From positions 62,001-126,000 of IMG/VR virus record IMGVR_UViG_2897137741_000002: a DNA stretch of 64,000 nt; one strand, 5' to 3'. Positions 9,879-19,308 of this stretch are shown piece by piece. Each line of letters opens with the position of its first letter. The stretch's first letter is position 1. This DNA is from an uncultured virus (IMG/VR IMGVR_UViG_2897137741_000002). Taxonomy: Duplodnaviria; Heunggongvirae; Uroviricota; Caudoviricetes. The notes under the pieces are model-generated. The model had not been told where the DNA came from. It made no database searches and saw nothing but the letters and a program-made list of their open reading frames with translations. The position numbers and the translations under genes were made by a program.

Positions 9879-11369
9879 GTGTTAAAGGGGGAACTTCTTG
9901 TGACAAAAGCAGTAAAACAAAGCAGGGAATCAAAATTTGAGATTAAAGGCTTATGGTGGACAAATGATTATCCAGAAAGGATACCTGGAGTTCTAATTTA
10001 TTCAAATGATGAGATACGATTAGAATTAACTGGAGTTATTGGAGACAAGGAGCTTTTTTCAACGGAAAGAGAAGCTCCCAAAATAATCTGTGGGTATTCA
10101 TCTCTTGGTGAAAGTTTCAGATTGATTCCTAATTTAAGAATTAATAAGAGACATGCCATACCCGGTTTTCCCACAGAGGCATATAGTATAAGAGAGTTTA
10201 TAGCGGGAGTATTTGAAGATAATGATTATTTAACCCTAGACGAAATGAATTTTGAATCTGCAGTTTTCAATACAGATTATTTGACTTCTTGGATGAGTCA
10301 AAATGTTTTGGAGCGAGAACATTATATTGAGCCTAAACCTGATCAAAAGGCCATGACGGTAAATTATTTTAAGCCTTTAACAAAAACAGTTTATATAGAA
10401 AAATTAAAATCTAATCTAACAGAAGACTATATAAGTCAAGCCTCACAAGATGAACATACCAATCTTAAGTTCATAATTACTCACACAAGCAGATTTGTTT
10501 TAACACCAGAGACGAATAAAAATTTACAATGGTTTAAACAAAATATAAATATCTTTCGAGATCTTCTTTCAATATTAATGGGTTTTCCGATAAAGTATAT
10601 TGATTTCATTTTATATGATAATCATAAAGGCACTGAAAAAAGAAAATTGAAGTACTTCAGCAACATGCTAGAAGTAGATACAATAGATAGAATACACAGA
10701 GATGATTTTATTGTAAACTACCAATCTATTTCAGAAAATTTTGATACCGTAGTTAATAAGTGGTACGATAATCAATCTATTATAAAAACAGTATCGAGTC
10801 TATACTTGTATGATTATTATACCAATTCATATATTGAATCAAGGTTTCTTACTGCAGTTCAATCTCTTGAGATATATCATCGAAAAAAATATTCAGGAAA
10901 GAACTTTCCTGATGATTTATATGAGAGTTCAGTTAAACAAATTAAAGAACTTATTGATGAGAATTTACCTGTTGAAGTTAGAGAAGCATTTAAAAGTAAA
11001 TTTAATTATGGAAACGAATTTTCACTTAATAAAAGGTTAAAAGAGATTTTTAATAATCTCGAGGACGAAACAATTGTTATGTTAATCGGGGACACCAGTA
11101 ATGTGAAAAAGTTCAATTGTCACTTAGTAGATACTAGAAATTACTTAACTCATTATGATGCTAAAAAGAAAAAGTTTATATTAGATGATGTTAATGGTAA
11201 ATTCTACGCAATGGAAATTATAAAGGCGTTGACAACTATACTACTCTTTAAAGAGATAGGATTAAGCGAAAATTTCATACGCACTAGAATACTACAGAGT
11301 AAAAAATTTAGAGGAGTATTACCTTTGGCTAGGAAGAATTTGAATTTAACTCAGAATGATCTTGTTTAA
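9879..11369 (+). CDS. ApeA-like protein (N-terminal domain plus HEPN RNase), putative anti-phage
   Basis: N-terminal GLWW...IPGVLIYS..IRLEL pattern; FLTAVQSLEIYHR; HEPN RxxxxH motif RNYLTH. Confidence 0.75.
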   Translation: MLKGELLVTKAVKQSRESKFEIKGLWWTNDYPERIPGVLIYSNDEIRLELTGVIGDKELFSTEREAPKIICGYSSLGESFRLIPNLRINKRHAIPGFPTEAYSIREFIAGVFEDNDYLTLDEMNFESAVFNTDYLTSWMSQNVLEREHYIEPKPDQKAMTVNYFKPLTKTVYIEKLKSNLTEDYISQASQDEHTNLKFIITHTSRFVLTPETNKNLQWFKQNINIFRDLLSILMGFPIKYIDFILYDNHKGTEKRKLKYFSNMLEVDTIDRIHRDDFIVNYQSISENFDTVVNKWYDNQSIIKTVSSLYLYDYYTNSYIESRFLTAVQSLEIYHRKKYSGKNFPDDLYESSVKQIKELIDENLPVEVREAFKSKFNYGNEFSLNKRLKEIFNNLEDETIVMLIGDTSNVKKFNCHLVDTRNYLTHYDAKKKKFILDDVNGKFYAMEIIKALTTILLFKEIGLSENFIRTRILQSKKFRGVLPLARKNLNLTQNDLV

Positions 11370-11477
11370 TTAAGCGGGATGGAAGAAATTAGACTAAAAT
11401 AGTCGTTTATAGTAAGGGAATGCGTACGATTTATATAGTGAATGGTTTGATCCATTCAAAATCTTCATTTAGATGTT

Positions 11478-11506
11478 AAAAGAGCATTAAATTAAATGCT
11501 CTTTTT
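11478..11506. terminator. Bidirectional terminator
   Basis: AAAAGAGCATT-AAATTA-AATGCTCTTTT between convergent genes. Confidence 0.7.
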
Positions 11507-11671
11507 CATACCACATCGCCGACACTCGCGCAAGAATATTCCACTCTTCACAGAGCTTTTGAATAAAGTGTAATCACAATTGTCGCAGCGACCGTATTTT
11601 ACATCAGGATACTCTTTGTAATCATAAACGATTGAAGTATCATACCCGTTTGTTTCGTATTTCTCTTCCAC
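11492..11671 (-). CDS. Small zinc-ribbon protein (59 aa, not in track; YoyH-like)
   Basis: MEEKYETNGYDTSIVYDYKEYPDVKYGRCDNC...CRRCGMKKSI; RBS AGGTGA. Confidence 0.75.
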   Translation of the reverse strand: MEEKYETNGYDTSIVYDYKEYPDVKYGRCDNCDYTLFKSSVKSGIFLRECRRCGMKKSI

Positions 11672-11741
11672 AAGATCACCTACATAATTTATTCAACATA
11701 CTCAAGAATACCAAATTTCGTTCGATATAGGGAGGGAACAA

Positions 11742-11993
11742 ATGATTGGATTAGCTTATTTTTTAATTATCTGGCTTGGAGTTGGATTATTGACCGGCAT
11801 TAAGTTTATTTTTGTTGATCAGGTCTATGATGAAGAGTTTAAAGAACTCATGGATAAAGAAACAGCAGCAGGCATGGAAAGAAATTTGGCCAGCTTGTTT
11901 TTCAAAAATAAGCTTAATACGATTGCTTTTTTCATGTTAATTGGTTTGCTGCCATTAGCAATGAGGATTACAAAATTATTTAAAAGAGGTTGA
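11742..11993 (+). CDS. yopE: Membrane protein
   Basis: 83 aa, two TM segments, synteny. Confidence 0.75.
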   Translation: MIGLAYFLIIWLGVGLLTGIKFIFVDQVYDEEFKELMDKETAAGMERNLASLFFKNKLNTIAFFMLIGLLPLAMRITKLFKRG

Positions 11994-11996
11994 TCT

Positions 11997-12212
11997 ATGC
12001 CTTTGCTTGATTATTTTTATGTACTGCAGTTTGAAAACAAGGAATACTTCAAATCATTTAAGTTAGATGAGGACGGTTATTTGACATCTAGCGACCTCCA
12101 TGAAGCTTCTAAAATGCATAATATGTTGGAAGTCATCGAGGTAGCAAGTGAGCTTAAAACGAAGTGTAATGTGCAATGTGAGGTAAGGGAAATTCAAGTT
12201 GTGACTCGGTAA
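11997..12212 (+). CDS. yopF: Hypothetical protein
   Basis: 71 aa, synteny. Confidence 0.7.
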   Translation: MPLLDYFYVLQFENKEYFKSFKLDEDGYLTSSDLHEASKMHNMLEVIEVASELKTKCNVQCEVREIQVVTR

Positions 12213-12223
12213 GGGGTGTTCAT

Positions 12224-12355
12224 GTGTATTGGATAGAGTGGATTGAAGGTGGGGAAAAGAAGAGCATTGTTGCTGAAGGATGGATTGAATGGGCTGCTAT
12301 ACTTGAAGACTTGTATCAGAAACGGTTTGAGTATGTTGAATGGAAGCAGCTTTGA
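12224..12355 (+). CDS. yopG: Small protein (43 aa, not in track)
   Basis: MYWIEWIEGGEKKSIVAEGWIEW...; RBS AAGGGG. Confidence 0.7.
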   Translation: MYWIEWIEGGEKKSIVAEGWIEWAAILEDLYQKRFEYVEWKQL

Positions 12356-12425
12356 CCTATAGAGATTGCAGTCTGTATCAAAAGATAAATTTCAATAATC
12401 GATTTTATAAGGAGAGGTAGCGGCT

Positions 12426-13664
12426 TTGGATTATTATGTTGAAACTTTGTTCAATAGTATTTCATTTTTTGACTATAGTAGAAATTTATTAAAGGATGTA
12501 GAACATGAAATAAGTATTGAGGAAGAAAATTATATTTTAAATGTTGGTCAAGAGCAATATATTGAGCATTTATTTGATAAATTTAGGCTTGAACCATTAA
12601 AGATATTAGAAGAAGATATTTCCCAAGAAGTAATTGAAGAGTCTGTATCGAATCAGGACACGCTGTCTCCGTTAAGTCTACCGGGTGTTTTTGGGACAAC
12701 AAAGCAAGAGGTAGTATTATTTTATATTCCTGTTTATGGAGATATAGAGTTGTTAAAAATACAGCCTTCCACCTATACTTTTTCCCCACCAAGAGCGGCT
12801 ATAAAGCAAAATGAGTTAATCTATAAAGTTATTTTGTTTAATAGGGGTAGTGAGTACGCATTGCAACAATTAAACATTTTTAAAACAGATGTAAACCAAA
12901 TGATGAATAACTTGAATAAAGATATAATCGAATATAACGAAAAAGTCGTAAACAAAATAAGAAATGTGTTTTTAGCGAGAAAAAATAAGATATTGGAGCG
13001 GCATAACCTTGCAGCTTCATTAAACATTCCATTTAAAAAAAGAGAATCTGTACCCAAAACATTTGCAATTTCTACCCCAAAAATTAAGCGAAAGATCACT
13101 ATAAAGCCACAAGTTGAATTGCAACCATTCGAGCCCGATCCAACTCTAGACGAAAGCACATATTACGATATCTTAAAAATTATAAATGACATGGGAAAAG
13201 CATTCGAAAGAAATCCTTCTGTTTACTCAAATAAAGGCGAAGAGGATCTAAGAGATCATTTTTTAATGCAACTTGAACCTAATTATGAGGGGAGTGCAAC
13301 AGGCGAGACTTTCAATAAAAAAGGGAAGACTGATATTTTATTAAGACATGCTGGGAATAACGCATTTGTAGGTGAGTGTAAGTTTTGGAAAGGAGAAAAG
13401 TCTTTTCTTAGTACAATAGACCAGTTACTTGGATATTTGACTTGGAGAGATTCCAAAACAGCTGTAATTATGTTTGTTAAAAATAAGGACTTCACCCAAA
13501 CACTAAACGTAGCAAAGTCTGCAATTAAAAACCATAAAAATTATGTACGGTTTAATGGTGAACAGGATGAAACTTGGTTGAACTATACATTCAACTTACC
13601 TGGAGACCCAAATAAAGAAATACAGTTAGCATTAATGATGTATCACACTGTTGATGTTGATTAA
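12426..13664 (+). CDS. Coiled-coil plus C-terminal PD-(D/E)xK nuclease, putative defence protein
   Basis: EEDLRD...GKTDILL...GECKFW...QLLGY motif set. Confidence 0.7.
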   Translation: MDYYVETLFNSISFFDYSRNLLKDVEHEISIEEENYILNVGQEQYIEHLFDKFRLEPLKILEEDISQEVIEESVSNQDTLSPLSLPGVFGTTKQEVVLFYIPVYGDIELLKIQPSTYTFSPPRAAIKQNELIYKVILFNRGSEYALQQLNIFKTDVNQMMNNLNKDIIEYNEKVVNKIRNVFLARKNKILERHNLAASLNIPFKKRESVPKTFAISTPKIKRKITIKPQVELQPFEPDPTLDESTYYDILKIINDMGKAFERNPSVYSNKGEEDLRDHFLMQLEPNYEGSATGETFNKKGKTDILLRHAGNNAFVGECKFWKGEKSFLSTIDQLLGYLTWRDSKTAVIMFVKNKDFTQTLNVAKSAIKNHKNYVRFNGEQDETWLNYTFNLPGDPNKEIQLALMMYHTVDVD

Positions 13665-13833
13665 TTAGTGAGCTGATTAATTTACTGGTAAATCTAGAAA
13701 AAGGCCTATCCAGAGAACAAAGATAATTAACATGTAATGAATGAGATCAGATTTGCTAAGGAAAAAAATCAAACTAAACTACCTGGAATTTTTCGAGATG
13801 ATTTAAACTTTCAGCCTGAGGGAGAGTGAAAAA

Positions 13834-14151
13834 ATGGAGTATATAATAAATGGGGCAGGTGCCAAAGTCTATAAAGACCCAAAGAAAATTAAACAATTAG
13901 AAATTCCTTTTTTAAAAAGCACATCAGAAGATGGGAGTATTTATAATGTCCTTTCAGTAGGTTTTATAGAAATCTATCCTTTAGTAACAATTGAAAATGA
14001 AAAGGGGGAGCCAGAGGTACGCTTATTACCAAATGATCTTACTGGTTGGGTATTAACTACCATGGACTTAAAAAAACGTGGTATCAGCCTTCTTCCAGAA
14101 AAAGTTGAATTCGGAAATATTAATGGAGTTAGTTATGCCGAGATAAATTAA
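13834..14151 (+). CDS. Hypothetical protein
   Basis: 105 aa, RBS GGGAGAG, followed by a terminator. Confidence 0.7.
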   Translation: MEYIINGAGAKVYKDPKKIKQLEIPFLKSTSEDGSIYNVLSVGFIEIYPLVTIENEKGEPEVRLLPNDLTGWVLTTMDLKKRGISLLPEKVEFGNINGVSYAEIN

Positions 14152-14160
14152 TTTGTAAGA

Positions 14161-14192
14161 AGCCTTCTCACAGCATTTTGTGAGAAGGTTTT
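14161..14192 (+). terminator. Intrinsic terminator
   Basis: AGCCTTCTCACA-GCATTT-TGTGAGAAGGTTTT. Confidence 0.8.
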
Positions 14193-14221
14193 CAAATAAA
14201 ATAGGAATTTTAAAGAGAATA

Positions 14222-14277
14222 CAAATACAAAAAATATGTATAAAATAATTGACTCGTAATGTGATCTATAGTATTAT
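14222..14277 (+). promoter_or_regulatory. SPBRE-like operator and aimR promoter
   Basis: CAAATACAAAAAATATGTATA then TTGACT...TATAGT/TATTAT. Confidence 0.7.
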
Positions 14278-14320
14278 TAAGTTAACCAATAAAGACAACA
14301 AAAAGAAATGAGGGGAAATA

Positions 14321-15481
14321 ATGGAGTTAATAAGGATAGCTATGAAGAAAGACTTGGAAAATGACAACTCTTTAATGAATAAATGGGCAACAGTAGCTGG
14401 CCTTAAAAACCCCAATCCTCTTTATGACTTCTTAAACCATGATGGGAAAACATTTAATGAATTTTCTTCAATAGTCAACATTGTTAAGAGTCAGTATCCA
14501 GACCGTGAATATGAATTAATGAAAGATTACTGTTTAAACCTAGATGTTAAGACAAAGGCAGCAAGAAGTGCATTGGAGTATGCTGATGCAAATATGTTTT
14601 TTGAAATAGAAGATGTTTTAATAGATTCAATGATTTCTTGCAGCAATATGAAAAGTAAAGAATATGGAAAAGTGTATAAAATACATAGAGAGCTGTCTAA
14701 CAGTGTTATTACTGAATTTGAGGCAGTGAAAAGACTCGGCAAATTAAATTTAAAAACACCTGAAATGAATTCTTTCTCAAGACTCTTGCTGCTTTATCAT
14801 TATTTAAGCACTGGTAACTTTTCTCCGATGGCCCAACTTATAAAACAAATTGACCTAAGTGAGATTTCTGAGAACATGTACATTAGAAATACATATCAAA
14901 CAAGAGTTCATGTTCTAATGTCTAATATAAAGTTAAATGAAAATTCATTAGAGGAGTGCAGAGAGTACTCTAAAAAGGCATTGGAAAGTACAAATATCCT
15001 GAGATTTCAGGTTTTCAGCTACTTAACTATTGGCAACTCTCTATTATTTTCGAATTATGAATTGGCTCAAGAAAACTTTTTAAAAGGGCTAAGCGTTTCT
15101 GTTCAAAATGAAAATTACAACATGATTTTCCAGCAGGCTTTGTGCTTCTTAAATAATGTATGGCGTAAAGAAAATAAGTGGATTAATTTTGAATCTGATT
15201 CAATTATGGATTTGCAGGAGCAAGCCCATTGTTTTATCAACTTTAATGAAAATTCCAAAGCAAAAGAAGTTTTGGATAAACTAGATCTTTTAGTTCACAA
15301 CGATAATGAGCTTGCAATGCATTATTATTTGAAAGGAAGACTCGAACAAAATAAAGCATGTTTCTATTCTTCAATCGAGTATTTTAAAAAGTCTAATGAC
15401 AAATTCCTTATTAGGCTGCCACTGTTAGAACTGCAAAAGATGGGTGAAAATCAAAAACTTTTAGAATTACTTTTACTTTAA
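14321..15481 (+). CDS. aimR: Arbitrium receptor AimR (SPbeta type)
   Basis: 386 aa, MELIRIAMKKDLENDNSLMNKWATVAGL, HTH plus TPR. Confidence 0.97.
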   Translation: MELIRIAMKKDLENDNSLMNKWATVAGLKNPNPLYDFLNHDGKTFNEFSSIVNIVKSQYPDREYELMKDYCLNLDVKTKAARSALEYADANMFFEIEDVLIDSMISCSNMKSKEYGKVYKIHRELSNSVITEFEAVKRLGKLNLKTPEMNSFSRLLLLYHYLSTGNFSPMAQLIKQIDLSEISENMYIRNTYQTRVHVLMSNIKLNENSLEECREYSKKALESTNILRFQVFSYLTIGNSLLFSNYELAQENFLKGLSVSVQNENYNMIFQQALCFLNNVWRKENKWINFESDSIMDLQEQAHCFINFNENSKAKEVLDKLDLLVHNDNELAMHYYLKGRLEQNKACFYSSIEYFKKSNDKFLIRLPLLELQKMGENQKLLELLLL

Positions 15482-15494
15482 AGGAGGTGAGACA

Positions 15495-15620
15495 ATGAAA
15501 AAACTTATTATGGCTTTAGTTATCTTGGGCGCACTAGGCACTTCTTACATAAGTGCAGATTCTTCAATCCAACAAGCTTCAGGTGATTATGAGGTTGCTG
15601 GAATGCCACGTGGAGCATAA
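15495..15620 (+). CDS. aimP: Arbitrium peptide precursor, mature GMPRGA (not in track)
   Basis: MKKLIMALVILGALGTSYISADSSIQQASGDYEVAGMPRGA; RBS AAGGAGGTG. Confidence 0.97.
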   Translation: MKKLIMALVILGALGTSYISADSSIQQASGDYEVAGMPRGA

Positions 15621-15684
15621 AATCCATTGACACATAAAGTTATTAGTATTATTATTTATTTAATTAAATTAAACAGAGAAAAGG

Positions 15685-15719
15685 AAGACGTTTGGCTCTT
15701 TTGAGCTAAGCGTCTTTTG
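15685..15719 (+). terminator. Hairpin/terminator downstream of aimP
   Basis: AAGACGTTTGGCTC-TTTT-GAGCTAAGCGTCTTTT. Confidence 0.7.
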
Positions 15720-15732
15720 TAGTTTTAAGGCC

Positions 15733-15769
15733 ATCACTTAAATATTAGGTTTTAATAACATCTAGTGAT
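15733..15769 (+). promoter_or_regulatory. AimR operator (aimX region)
   Basis: ATCACT-N25-AGTGAT. Confidence 0.9.
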
Positions 15770-15913
15770 CAACTTCAAATACATACACCCTAATTAAATG
15801 AAATGCATTACAAAGCAGCACATTCGCAAAAAAAAATTGCGTAGAATGTGCTATTTGTCGTTAAAAAAATCTTTACTTCCCTTTTGTAATGCATTACAAT
15901 TGCTATAGATGCA

Positions 15914-15933
15914 AAAGATAAAAAATATGTATA
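15914..15933 (+). promoter_or_regulatory. SPBRE-like operator before sroA
   Basis: AAAGATAAAAAATATGTATA next to the RBS. Confidence 0.7.
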
Positions 15934-15948
15934 TAGGAGGTTGGTGGT

Positions 15949-16149
15949 ATGTCCGCAATTAGTTACTTAAAAAACAGTATGACAATACATAAAACCATTT
16001 ACCAAAAGAAAGTTGAAAGCTTAGTTAAAAATGATTTGTTTTTTCATGAAAAAAGCATTGAAAAGTCAAAAATAATGAAGAATGAAAATGTTCGAAAACA
16101 ACTAACTAAAGGATACATGAAATTGCTAAGCGAATACAAGGAGGATTAA
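15949..16149 (+). CDS. yopM: SroA
   Basis: 66 aa, first gene after the aimX region. Confidence 0.8.
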   Translation: MSAISYLKNSMTIHKTIYQKKVESLVKNDLFFHEKSIEKSKIMKNENVRKQLTKGYMKLLSEYKED

Positions 16150-16469
16150 TGATGCATGTTGTAGAACTTAGGTCTACAAATCATAAAGATATTGATGCCG
16201 ATTTTGTTTTAAATGCTAAACAAACTTACATAGAGAGTGTACTAAACATTAGGAAAATGATTGTTAATGCAAAAACTGAAGATGATCTACATGGTGCAAA
16301 AATAGAGATAGCAGCATTATTAAAAGATCTAAATAGAGTATTATTAGGTGGAGATGGATTAAAAAGAAGCATTGAAAATAATCTGCATTTTAGATCCCTA
16401 ATACATTTTGTGAAGAATTTAAAACGACACATTGCAATTGAATTTGAAGAGTTTATTTATCAACCATAA
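16149..16469 (+). CDS. yopN: SroB
   Basis: ~105 aa, synteny. Confidence 0.8.
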   Translation: MMHVVELRSTNHKDIDADFVLNAKQTYIESVLNIRKMIVNAKTEDDLHGAKIEIAALLKDLNRVLLGGDGLKRSIENNLHFRSLIHFVKNLKRHIAIEFEEFIYQP

Positions 16470-16517
16470 CATATACGCACTGCAGTCTATAGTATACATA
16501 AAAAGTAGGAGGTTGAC

Positions 16518-16730
16518 ATGTCAGAGCGAATAAAACAGCTATTGGTCAAACGTGGCATCACAATAGAGGAATTGTCGAGGGAGACAATGATTGATATTCA
16601 GAAATTAAACAAAATCATTGAAATGCCAGATGAATCAGATGTTACAACCATAAAGCTTATCGCTCTGGTATTGAATGTCTCTATTGATGAGTTATTGGAT
16701 GAGAAAGGAGGAGAAGATAATGCAAAATAA
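16518..16730 (+). CDS. yopO: SroC, Xre HTH
   Basis: 70 aa HTH. Confidence 0.85.
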   Translation: MSERIKQLLVKRGITIEELSRETMIDIQKLNKIIEMPDESDVTTIKLIALVLNVSIDELLDEKGGEDNAK

Positions 16731-17796
16731 AGTTAAACAATTAAAAAATTATGCGGTTTACGATGATATCGAGGGCTTTTTAATCAATAAAGATATAAGA
16801 AGTAGCTCAGGGAATTCTAACTATATGATGCCTTCATCAACTATAAGGGTGTCGAACACCAGAAAGAATTATGAAGGGGATATTAAGCAGTTCTTTAGTG
16901 TGATTAAAGGTAAAGATGTCAAAAGTTTAGTTCCCGATGATTTAGTTGTAAGTAAAAGCGAATTAAGCAACTATGTGAAGTATCTTCAGGAAAAGGGATT
17001 AGTTAATAATAGTATTAACAGAAAAATGACCTCCCTGAAGATGCTCTATACATATTTGGAGCATGATTATAAGGACTATATTGACTTGTCGGTGTTTAAT
17101 ACTGTCGAAAGGCTTAAAACAGTAACTAAAAACTGGGATAAAACAACCCAGACAGAAGCCGAAAGAATCGCTCAGGATATGTATATAAATGAAAGACAGA
17201 AACCTTTAATGAAAAAGCTGTTTGTTAAATTCGCCATCAGAACTTCTTTTCGTGTAAGTGCGATTTTGCGAGTAAGATGGAAAGACATACAGCTTGATGA
17301 AAGTACAGGCCATTATATAGTAACAGTTATTGATAAAGGATCTCAGGTTGTGTCTACAGGCATTAACCAGGTATTTTATGAGGAATTGTTGCAGCTGAAG
17401 GAAGAGGATGACAGCGAAACTGAATTGGTTTTTCAGGGGCTTTCGGAACAATCTTTACGACACTCCTTAAAAAGGTCGAAAAAAAGGTTAGGAATACCTC
17501 CTGAAAGAGAATTAGTCTTACACTCATTTAAGGGTGTAGGAATTGACTATGTCTATGAGAATTCTGGTCACGATTTACTTGCAGCAAAAGAACAAGGAAA
17601 TCATAAAAACACATTAACAACAGAGAGATATATGAGCAGAAAGATTAACATAGCGAACTCTGCTGGTGTAACAATGGATGAAAAAATCGATTTAAATCCA
17701 CTATATGAAGCAACCCAAGAGGATTTTATTAGTTTTTTTGAAAACACTGATCTTGTTACATTAAAAAAGTTTATAAAGCATGTAAATGAGCGATAA
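16720..17796 (+). CDS. yopP: SroD, tyrosine-recombinase-fold protein
   Basis: 358 aa from ATG 16720; motifs TSFRVSAIL, DKG, LHSFK, NH..TTERY. Confidence 0.85.
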   Translation: MQNKVKQLKNYAVYDDIEGFLINKDIRSSSGNSNYMMPSSTIRVSNTRKNYEGDIKQFFSVIKGKDVKSLVPDDLVVSKSELSNYVKYLQEKGLVNNSINRKMTSLKMLYTYLEHDYKDYIDLSVFNTVERLKTVTKNWDKTTQTEAERIAQDMYINERQKPLMKKLFVKFAIRTSFRVSAILRVRWKDIQLDESTGHYIVTVIDKGSQVVSTGINQVFYEELLQLKEEDDSETELVFQGLSEQSLRHSLKRSKKRLGIPPERELVLHSFKGVGIDYVYENSGHDLLAAKEQGNHKNTLTTERYMSRKINIANSAGVTMDEKIDLNPLYEATQEDFISFFENTDLVTLKKFIKHVNER

Positions 17797-17902
17797 TCAT
17801 TTTTTCGGTATATTACTCAGTTCAAATGATAATTCTTCTTGATTAACCAGATTGCCTTTGGTAACTTTAAATTTAGCAACATGACATGAGGTGAAAGGCT
17901 AT

Positions 17903-19285
17903 ATGACAGTGATCTTTGATCAGTCTGCAAATGAGAAACTGCTTTCAGAAATGAAAGATGCTATCTCGAAAAATAAACACATAAGATCTTTTATTAACGA
18001 TATTCAATTAGAGATGGCTAAAAATAAAATTACTCCAGGGACAACACAAAAATTAATTTACGATATAGAAAATCCAGAAGTCGAAATTTCTAAAGAATAT
18101 ATGTACTTTTTAGCCAAGTCACTATACTCAGTTCTTGAAAGTGAAAGGTTTAATCCACGAAATTACTTCACAGAAACGGATATGAGAGAAATTGAAACGT
18201 TATGGGAAGGATCTGTGGAGGAAGATATAAAATTTCCGTATACATTCAAACAAGTTGTAAAGTATTCGGATGATAATTATTTCTTCCCAATCACTGCTAA
18301 AGAGTTGTTTATGCTATTTGAAAATAAGTTATTGCACTATAATCCTAATGCTCAAAGAACGAACAAAACGAAAAAACTAGAGGGCTCAGATATTGAGATA
18401 CCTGTACCGCAGCTCAATAAACAATCGGTAGAAGAAATAAAGGAACTGTTCTTAGATGGGAAATTAATTAAATCAGTTTTTACGTTTAATGCACGTGTTG
18501 GAAGCGCAAGTTGTGGCGAAGAATTAAAATATGATGACGACACTATGTCTCTTACAGTGACTGAAGACACCATTTTAGACGTTTTAGACGGGTATCACCG
18601 GCTAATAGGCATTACTATGGCTATAAGACAACATCCTGAGTTAGATCATTTGTTTGAAGAAACCTTTAAAGTGGACATCTATAACTACACTCAAAAAAGG
18701 GCGAGAGAGCATTTTGGGCAACAAAACACAATAAACCCAGTTAAAAAATCTAAAGTGGCTGAGATGAGTCAAAATGTTTATTCAAATAAAATTGTTAAGT
18801 TTATTCAGGATAATAGCATAATTGGTGATTATATAAAGACAAATGGAGACTGGATAAATCAGAATCAAAACTTACTTATAACTTTTTCTGACTTCAAAAA
18901 GGCAATTGAAAGAAGTTATTCTAAAAAAGATTTTTCTACTCAGGCAGACATCTTAAAAACTGCAAGATACCTTACATCTTTCTTTGATGCTTTAGCTACA
19001 CAATATGTAGATGAGTTCTTAGGTGATATAGCAAAAGAACGGAAGAGAAGTTTTGTAAACAACTATTTGTTCTTTAATGGTTATGTGGGATTAGCTAAGA
19101 AATTGCAATTAGATGGGGTAAGCCTGGACGAGTTGGAAAGTAAGATTACTGATGTTTTAGGCTCTATAGATTTTAGTAAGAAAAATAAGTTGTGGGATGA
19201 ATTAGGTGTAGTAGACAAGAATGGAAATGCTAAATCACCACAAAAGATATGGAATTTCTTTAACAATTTAAAAATAGACGAGTAA
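17903..19285 (+). CDS. yopQ: SroE, DndB/ParB-like DGxHR protein
   Basis: 460 aa, VLDGYHRL. Confidence 0.85.
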   Translation: MTVIFDQSANEKLLSEMKDAISKNKHIRSFINDIQLEMAKNKITPGTTQKLIYDIENPEVEISKEYMYFLAKSLYSVLESERFNPRNYFTETDMREIETLWEGSVEEDIKFPYTFKQVVKYSDDNYFFPITAKELFMLFENKLLHYNPNAQRTNKTKKLEGSDIEIPVPQLNKQSVEEIKELFLDGKLIKSVFTFNARVGSASCGEELKYDDDTMSLTVTEDTILDVLDGYHRLIGITMAIRQHPELDHLFEETFKVDIYNYTQKRAREHFGQQNTINPVKKSKVAEMSQNVYSNKIVKFIQDNSIIGDYIKTNGDWINQNQNLLITFSDFKKAIERSYSKKDFSTQADILKTARYLTSFFDALATQYVDEFLGDIAKERKRSFVNNYLFFNGYVGLAKKLQLDGVSLDELESKITDVLGSIDFSKKNKLWDELGVVDKNGNAKSPQKIWNFFNNLKIDE

Positions 19286-19308
19286 TTACTTAGGAGTTGT
19301 TTGTTGCA

